A stretch of DNA of 64,000 nucleotides from PVC group bacterium (GTDB lineage: Bacteria > Verrucomicrobiota > Kiritimatiellia > PWTM01): the NCBI GenBank assembly GCA_003563855.1, contig PWTM01000309.1, forward strand, positions 18,385 to 82,384, written 5' to 3'. Position 1 is the first letter of the stretch. Each line of letters opens with the position of its first letter. The notes under the pieces were generated by a model. It was not told the DNA's origin. It did not search any database and saw only the letters and a list, made by a program, of their open reading frames with translations. Shown piece by piece: positions 36,701 to 45,165 of this stretch. The position numbers and the translations under genes were made by a program.

Positions 36701-38766
36701 GCAAAATTATCCAGTACATCCACGACATTGAACCGGTTGTACACCGTCCAGTAATCTCCCCAATCCGCGCCCACGCCGGGTTCCGACTCCGCGGTGGCGG
36801 TATGCTCCATCCGGCTCACATACACAGCATTGTTATGCCTCACATGCAGTTTGTCTCTATGATAATGCTTACCCTCTTCCCAGGTCAGGTTGGGCCCCAT
36901 ATCGGCTTCGTCGAGGAAAAGCTTATCGAAGGTGTAGCCACCGTACCAAGTGCCTGGCGTAGGAGATTCATTGTCAATATTCCAGGACGACGGCGAATCG
37001 CCGTAGCCGGCGTAAACGGTGTCGCCAATGATATGTTGCGGGCTGCCCGGGGGGAGCATATCCCAGTACAATCCACGATTGCCCTGAGAGGCCTTGATAA
37101 TCAAGACGGGTTCATCGTGGTACCAGCCCATGATATGCCCGAAGCCGTACTCGGGGCCGAAGACGCTGCTGGTGGCGCCGAATTCCGGCTTGAGCAGATC
37201 GTCGCCCGTGGCCGCATGGATGCCGCGGTAGCGCACGTCCTCGCGTGCAACCCAGCCGCTGCCGTCATGCAGGTTCGGGAACTTGTTTTCCCGCAATACC
37301 ATGGTCTCGAGCGTTCCGGGGGCCCTGCCGCTTCGGGTGCCGAAACCGACCATGTTGGATTGACCGGAGAGAATGTAGACCCTTACGGGGCGATCGGAAG
37401 AACCGGTATCGCCCGGCTCCGGGGCGGGCAGCGGATAGTCCACAACCGGCCTGTCGTCCGGATCGAGCGGGTCGGTAAACGCGGCGTAGATCTCGTACCA
37501 GTCGCCGACGCCGTCACCGTCGGTATCGGGGTTGAGCGGATCGGTGCCGTAGACCGCGACTTCCATGCCATCGGGAATCCCGTCGTTATCGGTATCCGGA
37601 TCGAGCGGGTCGGTACCATGGGCGATCTCGCCAAGAAAGGTGCGCTGGCCCCCTTCTTCGGTGAAGAAGATGCCCCTTTCCTCCCATTGGTCGTAGCGCG
37701 GATCCGCGCTGGTGACGGTGATGTTGTCGCCGTCGAGCAGCCCGTCGCCGTCCGTGTCGGGATCAAGCGGGTCGGTGCCGAAGTGCGCTTCGCCGTAGAA
37801 CGTGCGCTCGCCCCCGGCGTCGGTATAATAGTAGCCCGCGGTCGCGAAGTCGGTGTAACGCGGATCCTCACTCGTCACGACGATATTGTCGCCGTCGAGC
37901 AGCCCGTCGCCGTCGGTGTCCGGGTTGGTCGGATCCGTTCCGAGAAGAAATTCCTCCATATTGGTCAGACCATCGCCATCGACATCTTCATCGGGATCGG
38001 CGCCGGTGGGGTCCCCGAAGTACTTCTCCTCCCACCAGTTCGGCAGGCCGTCCCCGTCGTCGTCGGGCGGGTGCTCGACGGTGATCTTTTCCGAGAGGGC
38101 ATACATGCGCAGCGAGTCGCCGACGCCGCGCCGTTCTGCGGCGCTGCCGGCGATCCAGCCGCGGCCGGTGCTTCCCGCGCGGCCGGTGAGAGCGGATTCG
38201 GTCCCGTTGCGGAGCGGGTAGAGGTTGTGCGCCACCCCGGCGTCCGTCGAACCGCTCCAGGTGAGCTCCGACTGCGCGCCGGGGACCACGGTGAGGTTCT
38301 GGGTGATCTGGATCGGGTTGGCGATCGAGCCGTTCCACAGGTCGTCGTAGCCGGTGGCCACCAGAAGGCCGTCGAGGCGATAGACCGGCGCCTCGACAAC
38401 GGCATTGTCGCGGGCATCGACCGCGGCCTCGTCCCCTGCCGCTCTCGTGGAGACGATGGCCCGCCATTCGAGGTCCTCGAGCGTCGGCTGGATTTCCGGC
38501 ACCGTCGATGCGGCGGCGGCATTGCTGACGAACGTGTTCCAGTGGGAAATGGGGTGATTATCCTCGCCGCCGCCCGAGTTGCGGTTGGTGGTGTTGCTGG
38601 TCGCGAAGACCAGGTGGAAGGAATCGCCGGGCCCCAGGTCCGGCGGAATCAGCGGGTTGTCGTACTGGACGAAGTGCTCCGCCGCGGCCGGGGCGGCGGC
38701 AGCGAGCGCCGCGACCAGGGCGAGGCGCGCCAACGGGGCGAAACGGGATCGGGATACGGTTTTCAT
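33757..38766 (-). CDS. giant secreted multidomain protein: TSP3-like Ca-binding repeats + SASA/SGNH-type carbohydrate (sialate-O-acetyl)esterase domain + 3 tandem FN3-like repeats + Listeria-Bacteroides (Flg_new) repeat + LamG/ConA-like lectin domain + PKD/cadherin-like domain
   Basis: Start ATG 38766 (MKTVSRSRFAPLARLALVAALAAAAPAAA signal peptide). The 5' 202 codons of the 1871-aa track ORF are read-through. Motifs: DPDTDGDGLLDGDN (x4), ILSGQSNMVGFG...FAWFQGHWDQGN, PPTP(N/D)PMTFA.PP (x3), YSVTYHANNADSGDVP...FGGWNTAADGTG...DVTLYARW. Confidence 0.85.
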   Translation of the reverse strand: MKTVSRSRFAPLARLALVAALAAAAPAAAEHFVQYDNPLIPPDLGPGDSFHLVFATSNTTNRNSGGGEDNHPISHWNTFVSNAAAASTVPEIQPTLEDLEWRAIVSTRAAGDEAAVDARDNAVVEAPVYRLDGLLVATGYDDLWNGSIANPIQITQNLTVVPGAQSELTWSGSTDAGVAHNLYPLRNGTESALTGRAGSTGRGWIAGSAAERRGVGDSLRMYALSEKITVEHPPDDDGDGLPNWWEEKYFGDPTGADPDEDVDGDGLTNMEEFLLGTDPTNPDTDGDGLLDGDNIVVTSEDPRYTDFATAGYYYTDAGGERTFYGEAHFGTDPLDPDTDGDGLLDGDNITVTSADPRYDQWEERGIFFTEEGGQRTFLGEIAHGTDPLDPDTDNDGIPDGMEVAVYGTDPLNPDTDGDGVGDWYEIYAAFTDPLDPDDRPVVDYPLPAPEPGDTGSSDRPVRVYILSGQSNMVGFGTRSGRAPGTLETMVLRENKFPNLHDGSGWVAREDVRYRGIHAATGDDLLKPEFGATSSVFGPEYGFGHIMGWYHDEPVLIIKASQGNRGLYWDMLPPGSPQHIIGDTVYAGYGDSPSSWNIDNESPTPGTWYGGYTFDKLFLDEADMGPNLTWEEGKHYHRDKLHVRHNNAVYVSRMEHTATAESEPGVGADWGDYWTVYNRFNVVDVLDNFAAEYPQWADQGFEIAGFAWFQGHWDQGNSRTAGRYEQNLVQFIEQLRGYYENRYPDNIAPNAPFVLATIAFSGWDMSGNTLTVAEAQLAVDGETGNYPQFEGNVKTVEARSYWRASDVSPSSTGYHYNHNAETFLLVGDALGRAMIELMDDETPPTPNPMTFAIPPSPVESGVIGMVATTAADPSGPVEYLFENVTTGEDSGWITETRWDSTGLADGETYTFRVQARDAVGNVGEWSDERSATAGLDTTPPTPDPMTFASPPAALGENAITMTATTAVDINGVEYYFEATDGGSDSDWQASPEYTDTGLSPGTTYTYVVRARDSIGNTTADSEPASATTDAPDLDPPTPDPMTFAVAPTATGETSITMTATTASDPSGVEYFFEETSGNPGGSDSGWQDSTVYTDTGLTPETTYSYRVRARDKAPAQNETGWSDTLSATTLRRYSVTYHANNADSGDVPVDTEGPYLPGSDVTVLGNTGNLVRAGFVFGGWNTAADGTGIGYAADATFAMPAEDVTLYARWKAPPEVDAGPDQTVYMTESAPWTPEQVNLAAWFDAMDESTLDIVDGKVHVWSDKSGNENHAEQSDASLRPPFNAEDSLLNDMPTVGRSGGNRTFLETTGAFELRNAYIVTYYDNATFSSHRVLLSQNTNDARVQGSNGGTAWRTGSDYPFTMYRDGSESSTTAALPMGPTLWKAVADSSIDSVWRLLGGANDWQYWDHGAAGEFIFTDGEEDAETARQIEGYLAHKWGVTLEEGHPYEDVAPGAPSAVVTLNGSALDPDGDPLTTEWSKIDGPDVRVVFDDPSDPETTVAFFGEGEYTLRLTADDGFQQVYDEVVIIVSTAPDSMPFEEWMDGFEGQTGFDDDFLGDGVANGLAWALGAEGPDEDARGLLPTLERIAGEGEDFLRFTYRRAVFAKDAALVAMFSTDLVAWAEADDEQIEEIDISEIGDGFGTGIDKVIVDFSESLAEDGRLFIRLRVERR

Positions 38767-38974
38767 GGTTACTCCATGGGGTGGGACAGAGGCGGGGGTC
38801 GAGTTCCAGGTCGTGCCAGACACTCTTCTACACTGGAATGCACTCGCACTGCCGCCCGTTGAGACTCTTTCCGCCGTACATGAGAAGGACAAATTAGCAC
38901 GATACGATGCCGACTGCACATTCGCCGATTGCGGATTTGTTTCTTGTACTATCCCGACACGGGGGAGAGAGGCG

Positions 38975-39165
38975 AGGAGCCAGGAGCGAGGAGCGGAGGG
39001 TGGCTTGCCCGTCGTCCTCGTTCTCGTCCTCGTCCTCGAACTTCCCCTGGGCCTTCCCGGTCTACGAGTACGTTCGACGAGTAGGGTCGACGAGTGGGGA
39101 GGGGCCGCACCGGCGTCGGGAGTCCGGCGTCCGGCGTCCCCGGACGGCGCCCCGCGCACGTCGCG
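38975..39165. repeat. composite GC-rich intergenic repeat element, copy b (imperfect GAGGAG/GAGGAC hairpin, tcgacgagtagggtcgacg, G-run, CCGGCGTCGGGAGTCCGGCGTCCGGCGTCC)
   Basis: Sits in the divergent promoter region between the giant esterase gene and the XylR-like regulator. Direct reading. Confidence 0.75.
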
Positions 39166-39202
39166 TTCGCGTGTTCCCCGCGACTGTGCTATAAGTGCCG
39201 CC

Positions 39203-40486
39203 ATGACAGGCTCCGGACAGGCATCGCCGCGCCGGCGCCGGCCGGGAAAATCTGACTCGCCGGGGGCGCGGCACAAGACGCGGACGGTCGCGCTGCTGGG
39301 CGGCCCGCGCCCGGAAATCCTGGCCGAGACGCAGGCGCGCGGATGGCGGCTTCTGCACCTCCAGCATTCCAACTACGTGGTTCCCCCGGGCCTGGAGATC
39401 GATGGCGCGCTGCTGCTCGCGACGTACAATGACCCCCGCATTCGCAAGGCCCTGACGCGGGTGCGGGCCGCCGTTCGGCTGGGCTCGGCGCCCGCCCCGG
39501 AGGCCCGGCGGTTTCCCGCCGTTCTGCCCGACCAGGCGGCGGAAGGGCGACTGGCGGCCGGGCATTTCGCGGAACGCGGATTCCGTCAGGTCGGCTACGT
39601 CGGGAGCCGGCCGCTGCAGGAACTCCGGCCCCTTTTCGAGAGCTTCCGGGACCGGTCGGCGGAGTTGGGAATGGCGTGTCATCTCCTCGAGATCGACCGG
39701 GGCGCGCTCGCCCGGTCCCAGGATCCGCACATCATGACCAAGCAACGGGTGTTCACCGACTGGCTGCGCACCGTTCCCAAACCCGTCGGCATTCTCGCCC
39801 CCAACGATAGTCGCGCGGCCCGCTATGCCTTCTGGACCGCCGAAGCCGGCTTCAACGTGCCCCTGGAAGTGGCCATTCTCGGCCGGGGAAACCGGACCGA
39901 GATCTGCGAGAGCGTGACGCCGACCCTCTCCTCGATCGATCCCGACAAGGCGGGACGAGCTCGGGCGGCCTGTGACCTGCTCGCGCGGCTGATGGCCGGC
40001 GAACCGCCGCCCCGGAAACCGGTCATCGTTCCGCCCGCGGTCGTCGTGGAACGGGAGAGCACGCGCCTGCTCGTGACGGCCGACCCGCAGTTGGCGGCCG
40101 CCCTGCGCTACCTGCGGGAGCACCTGCGCGAAGAGCTTTCCGTGGACGGCGTGGCGCGGGAGGTCGGCGTCTCGCGGCGCAAGCTCGAGCGGGCCTTCCA
40201 GCAGCACCTGCACCGCGGCATCAACGACGAGTTGCGCCGCATCCGGCTGGAGGAGTTCTGCCGCCTGATGCTCACGACCGACCGCTCCATCGCCAGGCTC
40301 GCCCCCGAGGTGGGCTTCCACAACCTGGCCAACCTTTACCGGGCCTTCAAGGCCGCCTGCGGCATGACGCCGCGACAGTACCGAATGCGGAACGCTCCGA
40401 ATGCGGAACGCGGAATGCGGAATGCGGAACGGCGGGGGAGCGGAGAGCGGCGCGCGTCACGGAGAGGGAAGACTCGTCGGGCGTAG
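39203..40486 (+). CDS. XylR-type transcriptional regulator (periplasmic-binding-protein-like sugar-sensing domain + C-terminal AraC-family HTH)
   Basis: C-terminus ALRYLREHLREELSVDGVAREVGVSRRKLERAFQQ...FHNLANLYRAFKAACGMTPRQYR is an AraC HTH. N-terminus TVALLGGPRP...VGILAPNDSRAA is PBP1-like. Start ATG 39203; the 5' part of the 38579 ORF is antisense to the esterase gene. Confidence 0.75.
   Translation: MTGSGQASPRRRRPGKSDSPGARHKTRTVALLGGPRPEILAETQARGWRLLHLQHSNYVVPPGLEIDGALLLATYNDPRIRKALTRVRAAVRLGSAPAPEARRFPAVLPDQAAEGRLAAGHFAERGFRQVGYVGSRPLQELRPLFESFRDRSAELGMACHLLEIDRGALARSQDPHIMTKQRVFTDWLRTVPKPVGILAPNDSRAARYAFWTAEAGFNVPLEVAILGRGNRTEICESVTPTLSSIDPDKAGRARAACDLLARLMAGEPPPRKPVIVPPAVVVERESTRLLVTADPQLAAALRYLREHLREELSVDGVAREVGVSRRKLERAFQQHLHRGINDELRRIRLEEFCRLMLTTDRSIARLAPEVGFHNLANLYRAFKAACGMTPRQYRMRNAPNAERGMRNAERRGSGERRASRRGKTRRA
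40378..40432. repeat. short tandem repeat (cgaatgcggaacg units) at the 3' end of the regulator gene
   Basis: ccgaatgcggaacgctccgaatgcggaacgcggaatgcggaatgcggaacgg, encoding MRNAPNAERGMRNAERRGS. Confidence 0.7.
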
Positions 40487-40489
40487 TTG

Positions 40490-40580
40490 TTCGACGATCA
40501 GGGTCGGCGAAGGGGGGGGCGACCACTCCGGCGTCGGGAGTCGGGCGCCCGGCGTCCACGGACCGCGCCACGGTCTCCGA
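40490..40580. repeat. composite GC-rich intergenic repeat element, copy c
   Basis: gttcgacgatcagggtcggcgaaggggggggcgaccactccggcgtcgggagtcgggcgcccggcgtccacgg. Confidence 0.7.
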
Positions 40581-40619
40581 GTGGCGGGCGTCACACCGCG
40601 TCATCAGGGGGCAGAAAAA

Positions 40620-40694
40620 TGGAGCGAGCGATGGGATTCGAACCCACGACATCTACCTTGGCAAGGTAGAGCTCTACCACTGAGCTACGCTCGC
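40620..40694 (-). tRNA. tRNA-Gly (anticodon GCC), CCA end encoded
   Basis: Reverse complement is GCGAGCGTAGCTCAGTGGTAGAGCTCTACCTTGCCAAGGTAGATGTCGTGGGTTCGAATCCCATCGCTCGCTCCA. Confidence 0.85.
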
Positions 40695-40786
40695 CCCGTA
40701 AGGACGGGGGATGTATACCCCGGAACGCGCCGGGGTGCAACCCCCATCTTGGTCAAGCATCGAAGAGACGACGGGAAGACCGGCGC

Positions 40787-41746
40787 TTACCCGGCCAGTG
40801 TCGGGGCGGCCGGGCCGCCTTCGGCGGCTTCGCGCCAGACGTCGTGGAAGAGGAAGCACTGGTAAGGATAGTCGCGCGTGTAGGCCTCCATCATGCGCGC
40901 GAAGGCCCCGACCCAGGCCTGGCGTTGTGCGGCCCTGGGCCGGCCCGGCGCGTAGCGCGGATGCCAGACGCCAGCCACGGTCACAACGTAGCCCCTGACC
41001 GAACGCTTGGCCGAGGTGAGCGCCACCACCGGGCAGCCGGCGACGGCCGCGATGTGGAAGCCGCCGCAGGAGAGCCGCGCGGGCGCGCCGAGAAAGGGCA
41101 CGGTGACCGCGCTGAACCCGTAGCTGCGGTCGCCCATGACCGCGACCAGCCCCCCCTCCTGCAAGGCGCGCGCAATGGGTACCGCCCCGCCGAGGTGGCT
41201 CTCCGGCGAGATGATCCGCAGCCGCTCGGCGCCGTCCGAGAGCCGCAACGACTCGGCCACCGCCGGGTTGTCCTCGGGGCGCATCACGAGGTGCACCGTA
41301 CGGTCGAGCCGGTCGAGACAGGTCATCACCGCCTGCCAGTTGCCGAGGTGGGCGGTCAGGAGGACGATGCCGCGCCCCTCCGCCATCGCCGCGCGCAGCC
41401 GGTCCTCCCCTTCCAGCCGCAGGTCGTAGCGGACCGCGCCGCTCAGCAGGCCGTGCCGGTCGATCAGGCTGCGGCCCTGGCCCAGGAATAGCCGGTAGAT
41501 GTCGCGCACGCGCCGGAGCCGGCCGTGCGCGGGAAACCGTCGCCGCACGTAGGCGGACGCCGCGCGCACCGCCGCGCGGTCGAACAGCAGGTAATAGGCG
41601 CACACAGGCCGCAGCAGCCCGTAGGCGCCGCGCAGGCCGAAGAGCCGGAGGCTGGCGCGGAAGAACCAGAAGCCCAGGGCATTCCCGCGCCGGCGCGTCC
41701 GGATACGGCGTCCGGCGTCCACGCGGGGCGGTGCGGGTTCGGTCAT
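40787..41746 (-). CDS. lysophospholipid/lipid-A-type acyltransferase (LPLAT, HtrB/MsbB-like)
   Basis: Last 319 aa of the track ORF (MTEPAPPRV...IVLLTAHLGNWQ...PIARALQEGGLVAVMGDR...). ATG at 41746 confirmed in sequence. Confidence 0.75.
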   Translation of the reverse strand: MTEPAPPRVDAGRRIRTRRRGNALGFWFFRASLRLFGLRGAYGLLRPVCAYYLLFDRAAVRAASAYVRRRFPAHGRLRRVRDIYRLFLGQGRSLIDRHGLLSGAVRYDLRLEGEDRLRAAMAEGRGIVLLTAHLGNWQAVMTCLDRLDRTVHLVMRPEDNPAVAESLRLSDGAERLRIISPESHLGGAVPIARALQEGGLVAVMGDRSYGFSAVTVPFLGAPARLSCGGFHIAAVAGCPVVALTSAKRSVRGYVVTVAGVWHPRYAPGRPRAAQRQAWVGAFARMMEAYTRDYPYQCFLFHDVWREAAEGGPAAPTLAG

Positions 41747-41751
41747 CCGTC

Positions 41752-42618
41752 TCACCGCCGCACCGGCACGCGGCGCTCCGAGGCGAAGAGGGTCCACGTG
41801 AGCACCGAGCCGATCGTCACGGAATTTTGCCGGCGGACAAGCGGGCTGTCGGCAAAGACGGCCCCGTCGATATTGTCCCAGCGCCCGTGGATGCCCCAGG
41901 AGAGACGCGGCCCGAGCGTGCGCTCGGCGTAGCCCATCGCCGAGAACCCGGCGTAGCCGGAGCCCGCGCGGTAGGGCGGCCGGTCCGGACGTGCCGCCTC
42001 GCCGGGCACGTCGTAGAGCAGGCCCGCGACGCCGCGATCGATCCATTCGACGCCGGCGCTCGCGCTGAAGCGCCACTCCGGCGCCCGGTCCGGCCGGACC
42101 TCCTGCAGCACGACCCACGCCGACACGCGATACCCCTCGTGGCGCAGGCTAAGCTCGCGGTGATCCGCGGAGAACACCGCGCGGGCGGTCAACCACAGGT
42201 AGGGCGAGAGCGGTGGCCGCTCGGGCTCCGGGTAGAGATGGACCGCGGGCCCGACCTCGCCGATCGCGCGCAGCCGCGCCATGCCCTCGCGCGCCCGTGT
42301 CCGGCTCGTCGGCGGCGGGTGGCCGGAGAACGAAAGATCGGACTCGATCCAGGACCGCCGGACCCAGACGCTGCGCACGCCCTCGCGGTCCGCCTCGACC
42401 AGGCGGCCGCGCAGGATCAGGAACGGGATCGGGACCGCGTAGATCGAGTGCTCGTCGGAGCCGCGGTAATGGGGGATACGGGCGACGCCGATCCCCAGGT
42501 TGACCTCCCAGAGCGGCTCCGTCTCCATCGCCGCGCCGCCGGCGGCGCCGGCCACGGTCCCGCCCCCGGCCAGGAGCGCGGCCGCGAGGCCCGCGACGAG
42601 CGCGCGGCCCGCGCTCAC
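41752..42618 (-). CDS. MipA/OmpV-family outer-membrane protein
   Basis: METEPLWEVNLGIGVARIPHYRGSDEHSIYAVPIPFLILRG... is MipA-like and is preceded by a 30-aa Ala/Gly-rich signal peptide. Proposed GTG start at 42618 overlaps the upstream TGA (GTGA). Confidence 0.65.
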   Translation of the reverse strand: MSAGRALVAGLAAALLAGGGTVAGAAGGAAMETEPLWEVNLGIGVARIPHYRGSDEHSIYAVPIPFLILRGRLVEADREGVRSVWVRRSWIESDLSFSGHPPPTSRTRAREGMARLRAIGEVGPAVHLYPEPERPPLSPYLWLTARAVFSADHRELSLRHEGYRVSAWVVLQEVRPDRAPEWRFSASAGVEWIDRGVAGLLYDVPGEAARPDRPPYRAGSGYAGFSAMGYAERTLGPRLSWGIHGRWDNIDGAVFADSPLVRRQNSVTIGSVLTWTLFASERRVPVRR

Positions 42619-43811
42619 GTCGCCGCCTCCGCTCGGCGCGCAGCGCTGCCGCGGACCGCCAGCGCGATCCCGTACGTTGCCAGCCCGGCCACGATCCCGA
42701 GGACCGGCGCGGCCACGAGCGCGCCAAGGAACCACTCCCAGATCCGCTCGTGCAACTGGTGGACCAGGATCTCGACCGACAAAGTTCGAATCGGCTGGCC
42801 GTGCCGCATGACGTGCCCGATCTGGACGCAGAGCACGGGGACGATCGGCGGAGCACAGAGGTTCTGGATCGAGAGCGCCATCACGCGGTTGAGCCGGAGC
42901 CGCGTCGTCACGTAGAGGATCGTCACCGAGTGCAGCCCGATCAGGGGCAGCGTAGCCAGGAATACGCCGACACCACCCGCCACGCCGAGCCCGGCGGGGG
43001 TCGCGTGCTCCCGCAGGAGGCTGCCGAAAAAGCGAAGCGGATGGCGCAGCAGCCGCACCCCCGGCTCGGGCGGGCTCGGCGCCAGCCGGCGCATGGGCCA
43101 GGGGACCAGCCGGCGCCCGACCAGCCGCGCATGCATCGCGGTCAGGCGCAGGTTGTCGCGCCACGGCCGGAAGTGCGAGACGCGCCGCCCCGGCGGCGCG
43201 TAGGTGACGCCGACATCGACCGACCGGATCGCGAGGCCGGCCCAGGCCGCGCGGGCCAGCACCTCGGCCTCGAAGTCGAAATGCCGGCCGCGCAGCTTCA
43301 GCTCCGAGACCAGGGCGACCGGGTACGCCCGGAACCCGCTCTGCGAGTCCCGGACCGGCAGGCCGGTCTCCATCCGGACCCAGGTGTCGGAGAACCGCAT
43401 GCCGAACCGGCTCGACCGCGGCACGTTCGGCCCGCGCATGTTGCGCGCCCCGATGACGATCGCCTCCGGGTCCTCCTCGAGCGCGGCGAGCAGCTTCGGG
43501 ATCTCCGCCGGGTCGTGCTGCCCGTCGGCATCGAGCGTCACCATGAACGCCCCGCCGCGCTCGCGCACCCAGGCCAGGGCGGTGCGCAGCGCGCAGCCCT
43601 TCCCGCGGTTGCGCGGGTGGCGCACGACCGCGATGTCCGTGTCCGCCAGCAGCGCGGCCACGTCCACATCGGTGCTCCCGTCGTCCACCACCAGCACGCG
43701 CGGAAGCACGGCCCGGCAGCCCTTCGCGACGGCCGCGACCGTGGTCCCGTTGTTGTAGACGGGCACGGCGCACCAGGCGCGCTCGCGGACCGGACGCCCG
43801 TCAGCCGCCAT
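42615..43811 (-). CDS. family-2 glycosyltransferase fused to a DUF2062-like C-terminal membrane domain
   Basis: CAVPVYNNGTTVAAVAKGCRAVLPRVLVVDDGSTD...VTLDADGQHDP is a GT2 (DXD) signature. The C-terminal half is hydrophobic. Confidence 0.8.
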   Translation of the reverse strand: MAADGRPVRERAWCAVPVYNNGTTVAAVAKGCRAVLPRVLVVDDGSTDVDVAALLADTDIAVVRHPRNRGKGCALRTALAWVRERGGAFMVTLDADGQHDPAEIPKLLAALEEDPEAIVIGARNMRGPNVPRSSRFGMRFSDTWVRMETGLPVRDSQSGFRAYPVALVSELKLRGRHFDFEAEVLARAAWAGLAIRSVDVGVTYAPPGRRVSHFRPWRDNLRLTAMHARLVGRRLVPWPMRRLAPSPPEPGVRLLRHPLRFFGSLLREHATPAGLGVAGGVGVFLATLPLIGLHSVTILYVTTRLRLNRVMALSIQNLCAPPIVPVLCVQIGHVMRHGQPIRTLSVEILVHQLHERIWEWFLGALVAAPVLGIVAGLATYGIALAVRGSAARRAEAAT

Positions 43812-45165
43812 CGCGCCCCCTCCGCGCCGGCCGGGGCTTGAGCAGCAGGTCCGTCAGCGAACCCGTGAACCCGAGCCGCAGCAGCGCGTGCAGTTGCGCG
43901 TCCAGCGCGTCGGGCGGGAAGACGATGTGGCGGTGGCCCGCGAACGCCTCGGTCAGCGTCGCCTCGAGCCAGGCACGATCCACCTTCGGCGACAGGTAGT
44001 AGACCGGTTCGAGCAGGTCCTGCCCCTCCCGGACCAGGCCTTCGCGCAGGGCGCGCCGCGCCAGCCCGGTGTCGGGCAGGATGCGCACGCCCATGAAGAC
44101 GAAGATCGCCGTGCGGTCGAGCGCCTGGAGATTCGCGATCCCCTCGCGCACCGTCTCCGGCGTCTCGCCGGGGCAGCCGAACATGAAGTAGTGGGCCGTG
44201 CTCACGCCGCCCTCGAGAAACAGGGCGTTGCACCGCCGCACGTCGGCGAAGGTGAAGTCCTTCCCGATCCCCCGCAGCGTCGCGTCGCTCGGCGCGTCCG
44301 AGCCGATCTCGGCCGCCTTGAGCCCGGTCGCCTGCATCTCCGCGACCGTCGCGGCGTCCAGCTCGTCCGAGGGTTTGAAGAACGCCGTCCACGGCACGGT
44401 CAGGCCGCGTCGCCGAAGTTCGGCCACGACCGCGCGGTACTGGCCCGTCTCGTCGTTGAAAACCGAATCGGTAAAGAAGACGTAGCGCGCGCCAAGCTTG
44501 ACGAGCCGTTCGACGTCGTCCACCACCGCCGCCGGATCCCGCGCGCGAACGGCGCGGCCTTCCAGCACGGGGTACGTGCAGTAGGCACAGGCGTGCGCGC
44601 ACCCGCGCTTGGTCTGCACCGGCGCGACGTTCCCCTGCGCGAAGTAGAAGGCGAGCAGGTCTTCGTCGTAGTCCGGCGCACCGATGCCCGCGCCTTCCAG
44701 GTCACCGGGCGCCGCAAGAATGCGCTCGGCCGGGTAGCGCCCGGCCTCGGCCTCGCGGACGAAATCGGCGAACGCCCGCTCCCCCTCGCCGACGATCCCG
44801 TAGTCCGCCCCGACCGCGCGCAGAACGGGACCGGGCATGACGGAGAAGCCGGACCCGCCGAGCACGATCCGGGCCGGCGTCTCCTCACGGATCGCCCGGA
44901 CCATGTCGGCGACCACCGCGATGTAGCGCTGCTCGTGCAGCAGGTTCACGTTGTCCACGTTGCGGATCGAGACGCCGATCAGCGCCGGCCGCCGGCGGCG
45001 CACCTCGGCCCGCAAGGCCTCGAACGACTGGCCGCTGCGCAGGAAGTCGAAGAGCGCGACCTCGTGCCCCTCGCGCCGCAGTGCGGCCGCGACCATGCTC
45101 GCCCCGAGCGGGTAGACGCAGTAGGGCGTGCTGGCGACGTTGGCCGAGATCAGCAGGACTCTCAC
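43801..45165 (-). CDS. class-B (B12-binding domain) radical SAM enzyme, copy 1
   Basis: VRVLLISANVASTPYCVYPLGASMVAAALRREGHEVALFD is a B12-binding Rossmann region. KRGCAHACAYCTYP is a CxxxCxxC rSAM triad. GTG start at 45165 with a GGAGGG RBS overlaps the upstream TGA. Confidence 0.8.
   Translation of the reverse strand: MRVLLISANVASTPYCVYPLGASMVAAALRREGHEVALFDFLRSGQSFEALRAEVRRRRPALIGVSIRNVDNVNLLHEQRYIAVVADMVRAIREETPARIVLGGSGFSVMPGPVLRAVGADYGIVGEGERAFADFVREAEAGRYPAERILAAPGDLEGAGIGAPDYDEDLLAFYFAQGNVAPVQTKRGCAHACAYCTYPVLEGRAVRARDPAAVVDDVERLVKLGARYVFFTDSVFNDETGQYRAVVAELRRRGLTVPWTAFFKPSDELDAATVAEMQATGLKAAEIGSDAPSDATLRGIGKDFTFADVRRCNALFLEGGVSTAHYFMFGCPGETPETVREGIANLQALDRTAIFVFMGVRILPDTGLARRALREGLVREGQDLLEPVYYLSPKVDRAWLEATLTEAFAGHRHIVFPPDALDAQLHALLRLGFTGSLTDLLLKPRPARRGRDGG

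Noticed and set aside
40695-40786. Possible additional tRNA (tRNA-Tyr) next to tRNA-Gly
   Set aside because: No cloverleaf-compatible sequence was found in the flanking 90 bp.
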